In this document: positions 1 to 8,919 of the stretch, piece by piece
How positions within the stretch are numbered: the first letter of the stretch is position 1
Layout: each line of letters begins with the position of its first letter
Source of the DNA: Candidatus Sulfotelmatobacter sp.
Lineage (GTDB): Bacteria; Acidobacteriota; Terriglobia; Terriglobales; Acidobacteriaceae
Assembly: GCA_030039165.1 (NCBI GenBank)
Contig: JASHQM010000040.1
Location: forward strand, 24,522-88,521
DNA: 64,000 nt
Direction: 5' to 3'
Notes under the pieces: generated by a model
The model's database searches: none
Seen by the model: the letters and a program-made list of their open reading frames with translations, nothing else
What the model was told of the DNA's origin: nothing
Position numbers and translations under genes: made by a program

Positions 1-255
1 CACGACAGGCTTCCGCCCTAAGTTACCTGGTTTGGTTACGTAATCGTCGTTAGAGTCCGCTCTTTCAGGACTCCCCGCGTTCTCCGTGCCGGTTGCAGAA
101 GTAAGTGCCGCTCGTCCCCCCGAATCCACTTTACATTACCCTCGCTGCTGACCGTGAGGCATCTGGTCCGGTCAAACATGGTTGGGTACGTTAGCGCTAC
201 AAGGACTACCCGCACTCGCGCGTCCTTCGAATCGCACCTTCGAGAGGTCTTAATC

Positions 256-2601
256 ATGCACTCCGAACTCCCCCCAGCTCGGAACAACCAGCCGTTTCGC
301 AACACCCGTCTGATTTCGCAAGCCTCCAATAATTACAGATTAATTCGATCCACGCTGAGCCTGATTTTACTTGCTCTCGCCTCATCCTATGTTTATTCCG
401 CGACAACGGCACTGCATCCACGGAGTCTCGGATTTTTCGCCTGGCCGCAAAGGCACCTGACGGTTGCGGGAAACCTGCCATCGGCGGCAATTGGATCAAG
501 TTATACCGGATCAGTTACGGCCGAAGGTGGCACCGCACCGTACACATTTGAGCTTCCGTTCGGCCAGTTGCCAGGCGGGTTGGTGCTGAACCAAACCAGC
601 GGAGCCATCTCCGGCACACCGCAGGAAACTGGAACTTATAATTTTGGCATTTATGCGATGGACTCTAGAGGCTTGACAGGATGGGGAAGATTCCAGATCA
701 CGGTTTCGGGGGCCGGGATTGCCGTGACGATAACGCCCAGCACGGCGAGTGTCGCGGAGGATGGCACTGTGCAGTTCACCGCCCTGGTAACGAATACGCC
801 GAATACGGGCGTGACATGGTCGGCAACGGCAGGGAGCGTTTCCTCCACGGGGCTTTATCAGGCGCCCGGCATGAAAGCCACAGCAACTGTAACCGCAACA
901 AGCGTTGCGGACCCGACAAAGTCTGCGGAGGCGATTGTAACCGTAAGCGGCGGTAGTTCGCTTGCAATCACGACCACATCGTTAGCAGCGGCGACAGAGG
1001 GAGATCCTTATTCGGAAGCGGTGGATGCCACTGGAGGAACACCACCTTATCACTGGGCGCTCACCTCCGGAACCCTCCCCAGCGGAATTTCGTTGCAATC
1101 TTCGGGCTCGCTTGCGGGTACGACCAGCGAGTCGGGTCAATTCAATTTCACACTGCAAGTAGCCGATTCCTCATCGCCGCTGCAAACTGCATCCCAGGAA
1201 TACACACTGGCAGTGGGCAGTTCGACCGCCAATCCCACGGCCATTCCTTTCAGTATGTTTGGGTTTACTGAAAACGATACTTACGCAAACAATTTCCCCA
1301 CTGTGACCTATGGAATGCAGCGCTTCTGGGATTCGCCGCCGCTGCAGTGGCCCTCGATCAACACGGCGTCAGGAGCGTTCACGTTCACGAGCCTCGATAA
1401 CATGCTGGCGAATGACCTCTCAAACGGCATCACGGCAACTATGTATACGCTGGCGCGAACACCGACGTGGGCAAGTTCGAACCCCGGCGATAAAACATGC
1501 GCCTACACGACAGCAACTTCGGGCGGCGGCAATGGAGAGTGTGACCCTCCGTATGATGTGAACCCCGATGGCAGCGGGAGCGACGCTACGTGGAAGGCAT
1601 GGATCAGCGCAATTGCTTCGCACGTCAATGCTCCCGGCTACTGCACGGGTCCGGGCGCGTCTCATGCGTGCATCAAGTATTGGGAAATCTGGAACGAACC
1701 GGATACCGAGCCTGAATCCTCAAACCGATTCTGGGCAGGAACTTTCGCGCAACTCGCGCGCCTGACCGAAGACGCGAACTGCATCATTACGGGACGAGGC
1801 GTGATTCACGAAAACGGCAACGGGAGCGCAACACCGTGCACGGCGACGCCGATCGACCCCACCGCCAAGATCGTAATGGCCTCAGGCCATGCCAGGGGCA
1901 CGGCGTTGACCTTCGCACAGAACCAACTTTACTGCAATAACACGGCGAACATTCCGAGCGAGGAACTTCCCTGCCCGAATCCGGCGAATGCAATTGCCAC
2001 AGCGATCGACATTGTGAACTTCCACATGAAGCCCGGCAACGAGACTGGGAATAACTGCCCCGCTCCGACTCCGTGCACACCGGAATCGGCCATGCAGATG
2101 TACGTCTCCAATGTAAAAAGTATTCTGCAGCCGGCCGAACTGGCTAAACCGCTGTGGAATGGTGAGGGCTCATACTCGGAATACGGATTCACCGGAGATT
2201 ACACAGACTCCGGAATGCAGGCATCCTTTGTGCCAAGGTATTACATTCTCAATTGGTCGCTGGGCGTATCAGCACTGGAATGGTACACGTGGGAAAATTT
2301 GAATTCTGCTTCAGTACAGACCGCGTATCAGCAGACATATAACTGGCTGTATAACGCCACACTCTCCAGCGCATGCTCAGCGAAGGGGACAGTTTGGTCG
2401 TGCGGAATCACGAACGGTGGAGAGCAATATCTGATCATGTGGGATACCGGCCAGAGTTGCTCCAGTAGTTATTGCACTACGGCGGAACAATCCGTGGGCA
2501 GCAGTTGGACACAATATCAGGATATGACTACCGCCAGCAGTCCGATCACGATCTCGGGACAGATTGTTCCGGTCGGAATTAAACCGATCGTGCTGAAATA
2601 G
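256..2601 (+). CDS. secreted Ig-like-repeat protein with C-terminal clan GH-A-like glycoside hydrolase domain
   Basis: ORF 154..2601. ATG at 256 precedes a signal-like stretch (LSLILLALASSYVYSA). Two putative-Ig repeats of the type GGT(A/P)PY...LP.G(L/I)..L....G.(I/L).GT, and one Big_2-like segment (VTITPSTASVAEDGTVQFTA). The C-terminal half has YWEIWNEPD (NEP acid/base motif typical of clan GH-A TIM barrels). GH family not assignable by eye. Confidence 0.75.
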   Translation: MHSELPPARNNQPFRNTRLISQASNNYRLIRSTLSLILLALASSYVYSATTALHPRSLGFFAWPQRHLTVAGNLPSAAIGSSYTGSVTAEGGTAPYTFELPFGQLPGGLVLNQTSGAISGTPQETGTYNFGIYAMDSRGLTGWGRFQITVSGAGIAVTITPSTASVAEDGTVQFTALVTNTPNTGVTWSATAGSVSSTGLYQAPGMKATATVTATSVADPTKSAEAIVTVSGGSSLAITTTSLAAATEGDPYSEAVDATGGTPPYHWALTSGTLPSGISLQSSGSLAGTTSESGQFNFTLQVADSSSPLQTASQEYTLAVGSSTANPTAIPFSMFGFTENDTYANNFPTVTYGMQRFWDSPPLQWPSINTASGAFTFTSLDNMLANDLSNGITATMYTLARTPTWASSNPGDKTCAYTTATSGGGNGECDPPYDVNPDGSGSDATWKAWISAIASHVNAPGYCTGPGASHACIKYWEIWNEPDTEPESSNRFWAGTFAQLARLTEDANCIITGRGVIHENGNGSATPCTATPIDPTAKIVMASGHARGTALTFAQNQLYCNNTANIPSEELPCPNPANAIATAIDIVNFHMKPGNETGNNCPAPTPCTPESAMQMYVSNVKSILQPAELAKPLWNGEGSYSEYGFTGDYTDSGMQASFVPRYYILNWSLGVSALEWYTWENLNSASVQTAYQQTYNWLYNATLSSACSAKGTVWSCGITNGGEQYLIMWDTGQSCSSSYCTTAEQSVGSSWTQYQDMTTASSPITISGQIVPVGIKPIVLK

Positions 2602-2712
2602 AAATCTCGGAGCCGGAATGGAGCCAGTATCTCGTCGAAGATGCGGGGCCGCGTGGTCGTCACCCCGTATCTGCTGGCCGAAAAGTAGCACCCGCGTGCT
2701 AGACTTGGCCCG

Positions 2713-3192
2713 TTGACTTCCTTCCGCAATCGATTCCAACAACACCTCTTCTCCATAGTTTCGCGGGTCTGTTTTACCACGTACCATTATTTTCCAATCT
2801 TCGGAACATTACGGGCATCGATAGGAATCGTTCAGCGCCAGGGAAAGTTTCTCGTCATTCACCGTAACGACGGACGCGGGCTTTGTTTGCCGGGAGGAAT
2901 CTCGGGATGGCACGAAGCTCCAGAGGAAACGCTGCGGCGTGAGATTCGCGAAGAGACCGGGATGACGGTCACCCGGCTGGAGTACAAGTTCACGTATTAC
3001 AGCAAGGCGGAGGTGCCATGTAACATTTCCGTGTTCGTGGTGCGTGCCAGCGGTGAACCCGAGAATTCCTGGGAGGGATCTCCACGATGGACGGCAGTGG
3101 AGGAGCTGGAGGCGGGAATATTGCCGAGCCAGAGAGCGGTATTGGGATTATTGAAGAGTATGAGCGGAAGCTCAGAGGAGAACAAACATTGA
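2713..3192 (+). CDS. NUDIX hydrolase
   Basis: Nudix box GGISGWHEAPEETLRREIREETGM (GX5EX7REUXEEXGU). Only usable start is TTG 2713. Stop TGA 3190-3192 overlaps the next ATG by 1 nt (TGATG). Confidence 0.8.
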   Translation: MTSFRNRFQQHLFSIVSRVCFTTYHYFPIFGTLRASIGIVQRQGKFLVIHRNDGRGLCLPGGISGWHEAPEETLRREIREETGMTVTRLEYKFTYYSKAEVPCNISVFVVRASGEPENSWEGSPRWTAVEELEAGILPSQRAVLGLLKSMSGSSEENKH

Positions 3193-4337
3193 TGAGAAAT
3201 GCTTCGGTATTAAATCTTCATCATGATCCTCCACGCGCGCGCGGGATCGCATTTCTCCTGCTTCTTCTGCCGTTGGTGAATGTCGCTGCGCGGGCTCAGC
3301 GGGCATCAAAGGACAACTTCCCGAGTTGCTCGGAGGCTCTTTCCACTGTTGCCGTACCAAACGGCCCGCACGGGCTGTTTGCGATTCTTTTCCCTGATGT
3401 CCGAATGCAGGCGAAGGCGGAACAGGTTCTGCTCCACAATCCGCTCGTCTGCGGGATAAACATGTATCTGATATGGAACCTGATCGACCGCGGGCCTGAA
3501 TCGGACTCCCGCTACGACTTTTCCAAGGTTGAAGAAGCGATGCAGCCGTGGATCAAGGCTGGGAAACAGGTCAACCTGATTTCCTGGGCCGTGGGATACG
3601 GCGGCAAACGGCAGGTGACTCCGGATTACGTCTTCGAGCAGACTGAATCAGTGAATTGCGAAAATGCGGGCAAAGTGCCTGTGTTCTGGGAAAAAGGATT
3701 CGTGGAAAATTACCGGCAGTTCATGGCGGCGATTGTGCAGCGCTTCGGAGATAACCGTTCTGTAGGATACATCCGCTTCGGATTAGGGCTGGGCGGAGAA
3801 ACTTTTCCCGCGTGCATGTACGCGCTGAAGAGCAAGGGCTTCACACCGGATCGATGGCGCAAGTACATCCTCGACATGCTGGATTACGAAGCTTCACTCA
3901 ATTCGCCCAAGCAGTTGATGGTTGGAATCAATAGCTTTCCGGGGCCGCCGAATTATGAGTTTCCCGACGCAGTCGCGCTCCACGCCGTGCAGAACAAAAT
4001 TGCCATCGGCAGCCAGGGATTATCGATTCGCGACATAACCTCCGACCAGTCGGGCTCTCCATGCGAGGTCGACTGGTGCCACGTGTTCCGTGAAGCGGCC
4101 GGCAAGGCGCCGCTGGAACTGCAGACGGTAAAGCCGAGCAATCCGGATGGGAACGGCCGGGTGGGTTCTATGGTAGATCTACTGCCATTCGCCCTGAAGC
4201 TGCACGCGCAAATCTTCGAGATCTACGTGCAGGATTGGCTGGTGGCTTACGATCCTGCGAACCCCGACTACGATGCTCACCACAAGGAGTATCAGCAGGC
4301 GTTCGAGTCGGCGGCAAGAGTTGTGGGAGCACAGTGA
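3192..4337 (+). CDS. secreted hypothetical protein, possibly a TIM-barrel glycosidase-like fold
   Basis: ORF 3087..4337. Internal ATG 3192 is followed by signal-like GIAFLLLLLPLVNVAARAQ and is coupled to the NUDIX stop. No catalytic motif recognised with certainty, so the function call is weak. Confidence 0.65.
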   Translation: MRNASVLNLHHDPPRARGIAFLLLLLPLVNVAARAQRASKDNFPSCSEALSTVAVPNGPHGLFAILFPDVRMQAKAEQVLLHNPLVCGINMYLIWNLIDRGPESDSRYDFSKVEEAMQPWIKAGKQVNLISWAVGYGGKRQVTPDYVFEQTESVNCENAGKVPVFWEKGFVENYRQFMAAIVQRFGDNRSVGYIRFGLGLGGETFPACMYALKSKGFTPDRWRKYILDMLDYEASLNSPKQLMVGINSFPGPPNYEFPDAVALHAVQNKIAIGSQGLSIRDITSDQSGSPCEVDWCHVFREAAGKAPLELQTVKPSNPDGNGRVGSMVDLLPFALKLHAQIFEIYVQDWLVAYDPANPDYDAHHKEYQQAFESAARVVGAQ

Positions 4338-4388
4338 ACTCGGGGCGCCGATCAACGTTCCGAGGCAAGTTGAGCCAATAACAAAAAA

Positions 4389-4408
4389 GGCCCGCCTCCC
4401 GGCGGGCC
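4389..4408. terminator. bidirectional intrinsic terminator hairpin between convergent genes
   Basis: GGCCCGCC-tccc-GGCGGGCC: perfect 8-bp GC stem with a 4-nt loop. Preceded by AAAAAA (a T-run for the minus strand) and followed by a T-rich stretch (ctcttcttgttt). Lies between the 3' ends of 3192..4337(+) and 4465..7728(-). Confidence 0.6.
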
Positions 4409-4464
4409 AGGGCTCTCTTCTTGTTTACTTAACACTTACAAACTTGCACTCAAAAGAGCGGCTT

Positions 4465-7400
4465 CTAATTGCTCCCTGTCCCGGCAAGGCTGACTTCCTG
4501 CGGCGAGGAACCGGCGCCATAGCTAACTGTCAAAACGCCACTAAGGGTGCCAGTTGCGGTTGGGCTGAACTCTACGCCGATGGTGCACAGACTGTTGGCA
4601 GGAATGTTCGTGCCGCACGCTGGACTGCCTCCCGTGGTCGCGACGAAGTCGCCGCTGGCAACCAGGCTGTTGATGGGAACTGCCGCAGCCGTGTTGTTGG
4701 TCAGCGTAACTACCTGCGCTGAACTCGAGCTTCCCACGGCAACGGTACCGAACGAAAGCGAGGTCGGCGAGACGTTAACGGCGAGGATGCCGGTGCCGAT
4801 TGCATTCTGCACTTCGGTAATCGTGGAAGCATTGTCGCTCAAGGTGATGCCGCCGACGAGCGATCCCGCAATCGTCGGAGTGACGGTGACAGTCACTGTG
4901 CAAGACTTGCCTGCAGCCAGCGAGTAACCGGACGTGCAGGGCGTGGTCCCGCTTGGCGTGACGGTGAAGTATCCTCCTGCGGTAACGCTGTTGATGGTCA
5001 CTGGCGAACTGGTTGTGTTCTTGATCGTGGTGGTTTTCGAGGTCGGAGTGTTGAGCACAACATTGCCAAAATTCAAACTTGCCGGGCTGAAGGTCAAGGG
5101 CTCAGCCGGGCCGTTTTGGCCGGTTCCAGTCATTCCTCCAACAGCGATAGGCGCACTTGCCCCGGTGGGAGTGATCGACACCGAGCCTTTAATCAGGCCA
5201 TTCGTCGTAGGCGTAAAGCTCACCGCGAATGTGCACTTGGATTTGGCAGCCAGAGTCCCATTGCAGGGAGCTGAGCCGTCGCCAACAACCGAATAATCTC
5301 CGGTGACCGCGGTGGTGTAGGTAAAGCTCGTGCTCTGGTTGTTGGTGAAGGTCATGGTCTGGGCGGTACTGGTCGTTCCCACGTTTGTGGCTGGATAGGA
5401 AAGATTGCTCGAGACTGTGACCGGCAGCAGGCCGGCGCCCGTAAGGGTGACGATCTGCGGCGCCCCGGTGACGCTGTCGTTGATGGTAATCGCACCGGAG
5501 ATGGCGCCTGTTACACCCGGCGTGAAATTGACGGTGATTGCGCAGGACTGCCCGGGAGTGAGATTGGTGCCGGTACAGTTGTCGCTTTCCGCATAGTCGC
5601 CGCTGGCTGCAACGGAACTCACCGCGAAATTAACAAAGCCGCTGTTAGTCACCGTGATGTTCTGGCCGGCGCTTGTGGTGTTCAGAACTTGACTGCCAAA
5701 TGCAAGCGTTCCCGGGCTTACCGTAATGGCGGATGTGGCCCCGGCGCCCGTGAGAGATGCGGTTTGAGGACTGCTGCTCGCATTGTCGGTGATCGTGAGC
5801 GTACCAGTGATCGTGCCCGTGGTGTTAGGAGTGAAATAGACGCTGATGGTGCAATTGCCATTCGGAGCAAGCGGCTGCTGGCAGGTATTGGTTTGAGTGT
5901 ACGCTCCCCCGGCGGCAATGCCCGTGATGTTGAGGTCGGTCGTCATGTTATTGGTGACTGTTTCAACCATGGGGCTGGATTTGGTCCCAACCTGCACACT
6001 GCCGAAATTCAGCAGCACAGTGGAAAGCGAAACCGGTCCACCCGCGCAGGTGCTCATGGGCGGCAGCTTGCCGATCTCTGTATACCAATAAGGCTCGGTC
6101 GTACGGTTGGTGGGCAGATACTCGCCCGCAACCCAGACGGTGCAGGAGTCGCTGGGATCGAGCACTGCGCTATACCAATCTCCCCAGCGATAATTCAGGC
6201 TGTCGGTATCTTCAGCATCGCCGTCGGTATTGGGATTAGCGACATAGCCCCATGTGCTTTCGGTCAGCGAGCCTGGAACGAAGGTAACGGTGTCGAGTCC
6301 CGGATGCTCATTGACGCCGCTGCCAGAGATTCCCAGGATACCTTGCAGATTCCCTGCTTTGTCCCGCGCGATGCTGGGGAGCACGACGTAGGCATTCGCG
6401 TCGACTGGGTCGAGGATAGGATAATCTCCCGCGACATAAACCGCGCCCAGGCTGTTGCGCTGGAGGATGCGGATGTCGGCTTCGGTCTGCGTAAAGTTTG
6501 TGGGATTGGGATTGATCTGGATGGCGTGGGCCGACGTCCAAATACTGCCCTGGCCGCCGCTTGAAGTGTAGTGAAAGAACTGCTGCATGCGGTCGGCAAC
6601 CGAGTCGATGTAGATGCCCGTAGTAGCCGTGGAAGGTTGCGGAACACAGACCGTATCGTAGTAATTGAGTGGATTGAAGCAGCCGAGCTGATCCCCATTA
6701 GCCTGAGTCGAGGGCAGATCCCAGCTGTTGAGCAACGTAGGAGTCGGAGTAGCTGCAGACCAATTGATGGTCCATTGCTGCACGCCCTGCGTGGCCGTGG
6801 GGCTGGTCAGATAGGATGTGCCGTTCTTGGGCGGCTCGATCATGTAAGTGAACATTTCGCCATCGGCATCGATGGGCGGCGTTGTGTCGGAGTTATTCGC
6901 CGGCACCCAGCTGCGCTGCTGGTTATATGGGGTGATGGCACTGCTCAATGTGCAGGCGGGAGCATGCGAGTTGTTTATATATGGACTGGAAGTGCTGGCA
7001 CGCAGCCCGGCCAAATCGACGGCGCAGATGAGCACGGTAACGATGTCATCGCCATTGTTAGGATCCTGCAAATCGTAAGTGATCCACATGGCCTGATCCG
7101 TTGCCGCCGTGTAGGGTGGAGCTGTGCTCGTGGAGCTTTGCCAGAGGCCGGATTGCGGATAATCGGGGTAATAGTAATTGCCGTGCGAATTGGTAGGAAT
7201 GACGTTGTCGAGGTTGTATTCGAAGGCGAACCAGCTAAAAGAGGACGAAGAGACGTCCTCGACGTTACTGATGGCGACGCACATGTAGTTATCGCCATTG
7301 AGCTTGGAGGTAATTCGCTTCTCCAGAATCCAGAGATTGTAGACGTTGTCGTGCAGCATCTGCGAGTTAGGCGAAAAGGCGGTCGGGCAGTTGGGAGTGT

Positions 7401-7728
7401 TGCCACTATTGTCGCTGTTCTGGCTCCAGGGACCGGAATCGGATTTGGGGGTCGTGCTGCCCAAGAAATTGACGGGCTGATTGGCATTGGCGCCGCTTTT
7501 GTACCAGCACTGGTAGGCGCTGTTGACATGCTCGCAGTATTCCAGCGTGCCTACAGCGATAGTCGGATCTGGAGTGGCCGTCGGATTCTCCCCTTTGACC
7601 CCTGTGCTAAGTCCGGCAAAAGTACTGAGGCTGCCTGATTGCGCAAAAGTACCGGCACAGACGATGAGTGCGAATGAAGCAACCAGCGCGGCTTGCGCGG
7701 ATAGAGTCAGCAAACGAAGTTCTTTCAT
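4465..7728 (-). CDS. large secreted protein: unrecognised ~550-aa N-terminal region + five choice-of-anchor-D / ASH(HYDIN)-type Ig-like repeats
   Basis: 1100-aa ORF. Signal-like MKELRLLTLSAQAALVASFALIVCAGTFAQ; ATG 7728 lies 9 nt after GGGGA, with ATG 7734 and 7767 as alternatives. The C-terminal half is five ~100-aa repeats of the pattern L.FG.V.VG..S....T.TN.....I.S......F.......C......L....SC.I.V.F.P...G...G.L. Confidence 0.85.
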   Translation of the reverse strand: MKELRLLTLSAQAALVASFALIVCAGTFAQSGSLSTFAGLSTGVKGENPTATPDPTIAVGTLEYCEHVNSAYQCWYKSGANANQPVNFLGSTTPKSDSGPWSQNSDNSGNTPNCPTAFSPNSQMLHDNVYNLWILEKRITSKLNGDNYMCVAISNVEDVSSSSFSWFAFEYNLDNVIPTNSHGNYYYPDYPQSGLWQSSTSTAPPYTAATDQAMWITYDLQDPNNGDDIVTVLICAVDLAGLRASTSSPYINNSHAPACTLSSAITPYNQQRSWVPANNSDTTPPIDADGEMFTYMIEPPKNGTSYLTSPTATQGVQQWTINWSAATPTPTLLNSWDLPSTQANGDQLGCFNPLNYYDTVCVPQPSTATTGIYIDSVADRMQQFFHYTSSGGQGSIWTSAHAIQINPNPTNFTQTEADIRILQRNSLGAVYVAGDYPILDPVDANAYVVLPSIARDKAGNLQGILGISGSGVNEHPGLDTVTFVPGSLTESTWGYVANPNTDGDAEDTDSLNYRWGDWYSAVLDPSDSCTVWVAGEYLPTNRTTEPYWYTEIGKLPPMSTCAGGPVSLSTVLLNFGSVQVGTKSSPMVETVTNNMTTDLNITGIAAGGAYTQTNTCQQPLAPNGNCTISVYFTPNTTGTITGTLTITDNASSSPQTASLTGAGATSAITVSPGTLAFGSQVLNTTSAGQNITVTNSGFVNFAVSSVAASGDYAESDNCTGTNLTPGQSCAITVNFTPGVTGAISGAITINDSVTGAPQIVTLTGAGLLPVTVSSNLSYPATNVGTTSTAQTMTFTNNQSTSFTYTTAVTGDYSVVGDGSAPCNGTLAAKSKCTFAVSFTPTTNGLIKGSVSITPTGASAPIAVGGMTGTGQNGPAEPLTFSPASLNFGNVVLNTPTSKTTTIKNTTSSPVTINSVTAGGYFTVTPSGTTPCTSGYSLAAGKSCTVTVTVTPTIAGSLVGGITLSDNASTITEVQNAIGTGILAVNVSPTSLSFGTVAVGSSSSAQVVTLTNNTAAAVPINSLVASGDFVATTGGSPACGTNIPANSLCTIGVEFSPTATGTLSGVLTVSYGAGSSPQEVSLAGTGSN
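4468..6040 (-). repeat. five tandem ~300-nt coding repeats (choice-of-anchor-D-like domains)
   Basis: Protein-level periodicity is visible from ...GGPVSLSTVLLNFGSVQVGT to the C-terminus. Each unit ends in (L/M)TG(A/T)G. Divergent at the DNA level. Confidence 0.7.
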
Positions 7729-7851
7729 GAACATCTTCCCCAGGAATTGTGGCCTAGAACGGCGCATAGCGAGTTCCCCATCTGCCGGACCTCCGGCAGC
7801 TTTCTCAAATTTAAGTAATGATGTAATTTGGGGGATTTTTACTGCGCCGCT

Positions 7852-8919
7852 TTACTGTTCTGCGGTCTTGCGACTTGCTGGTTCCGTAATTTTCATTTGT
7901 CGATATTTTTGCCAGACCGCGGTCGGGACGAACGAATACAGTGCCGGAATCAAAGCGTCCTGTCCGCGGAGAATTGAGAGACGAATGCTGTCGCTTACGC
8001 GTTCCGTCCACGAAGCCGGTCGCGTTGTATGGCTTACGACTGCCTTGGCCGGCCACCCGCCGTATTGCTTTCTCCACAATGCGACGTAGCGTTCTACTTT
8101 GTTTCTAAAGTCGGGCGACAGAACTTCGGGGCGCTCGCGTGCGGCCATGATCGCTGCACCATTCACCCCGGAGTGGTGGTCACCGTTGTAAATGGCCGAT
8201 CGATCAGCACCATCCAGCGACGTCATTCTTGGGCTGTACCCGATACCGATGAAATCGCAAATTGTTCTCGCCGCTGACTCGGGATCGCGCACCAGGTCGT
8301 CATATTGCAACTGGTGAATCTCAGCGCCGCGACGGATCAGTTGATCAGTTTCCTGCTTCATGCGGTGACAGCCAAGCAGAGCGCGCAGATCCATGCCAGG
8401 ACGAGCGAACCACAGGGATTGTTTGGCAGCACGCGCCACGCTGCGGCAGACGTCGGCCGGATCGCGCCAGATCACGATAAACTTCGCCTGCGGGAAATGG
8501 TCGGCAAGCTGGGTCATCCGATCGTAATAGTTGGGTGACTTGCATCCCCAGATCGTCGCGCCCCTGCTGGCCGCATACTGCTGGGCGACGGAGCGGAATG
8601 CCGAAGGCATGTTGCTTACGTCTCCGGGAAGAGAGGCGGTATCGATTTTGTGACGCGTGAGCGCCCCGTTCCAGGAATCGAGTTTCTCCATCCACCAACC
8701 CCTCCTCCGAGGTAAGGAAAACAGGGTCGTCAGCAGAAAGAAGTCGGATTCGTACATCAATCCGATTTGCGGGTGCTGATTGAGCAGGGCATAAAGCAGC
8801 GAAGTTCCCGAGCGCCACATGCCAATGACAAAGAGCGGACCTGGAGCCATTGCTCCGCCGCTTCGGACAACCTTATCGCTGTCCCGGCTCTCCATTCTTA
8901 TGTCAACGGCTGCACTCAT
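7852..8919 (-). CDS. sulfotransferase family protein
   Basis: 5'-PSB-like P-loop FVIGMWRSGTSLLYALL and 3'-PB-like IVIWRDPADVCRSV. ATG 8919 overlaps the upstream GT4 stop (tcat at 8916-8919 = ATGA on the minus strand). Confidence 0.85.
   Translation of the reverse strand: MSAAVDIRMESRDSDKVVRSGGAMAPGPLFVIGMWRSGTSLLYALLNQHPQIGLMYESDFFLLTTLFSLPRRRGWWMEKLDSWNGALTRHKIDTASLPGDVSNMPSAFRSVAQQYAASRGATIWGCKSPNYYDRMTQLADHFPQAKFIVIWRDPADVCRSVARAAKQSLWFARPGMDLRALLGCHRMKQETDQLIRRGAEIHQLQYDDLVRDPESAARTICDFIGIGYSPRMTSLDGADRSAIYNGDHHSGVNGAAIMAARERPEVLSPDFRNKVERYVALWRKQYGGWPAKAVVSHTTRPASWTERVSDSIRLSILRGQDALIPALYSFVPTAVWQKYRQMKITEPASRKTAEQ

Noticed and set aside
154-255. N-terminal extensions implied by the longest-ORF starts (154; also 3087, 13767, 17178, 39751, 42031, 56952, 58280, 62141)
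   Set aside because: The extensions overlap neighbouring genes or encode Arg-rich, non-native-looking sequence. Internal ATGs followed by signal peptides or TM helices fit better.
5689-7638. Long plus-strand ORFs (291 aa and 355 aa) opposite the 1100-aa repeat-protein gene
   Set aside because: They are antisense shadow ORFs of a GC-rich gene. Their composition is Arg/Gly/Ala-rich with no motifs, whereas the minus-strand frame has clear domain repeats and a signal peptide.
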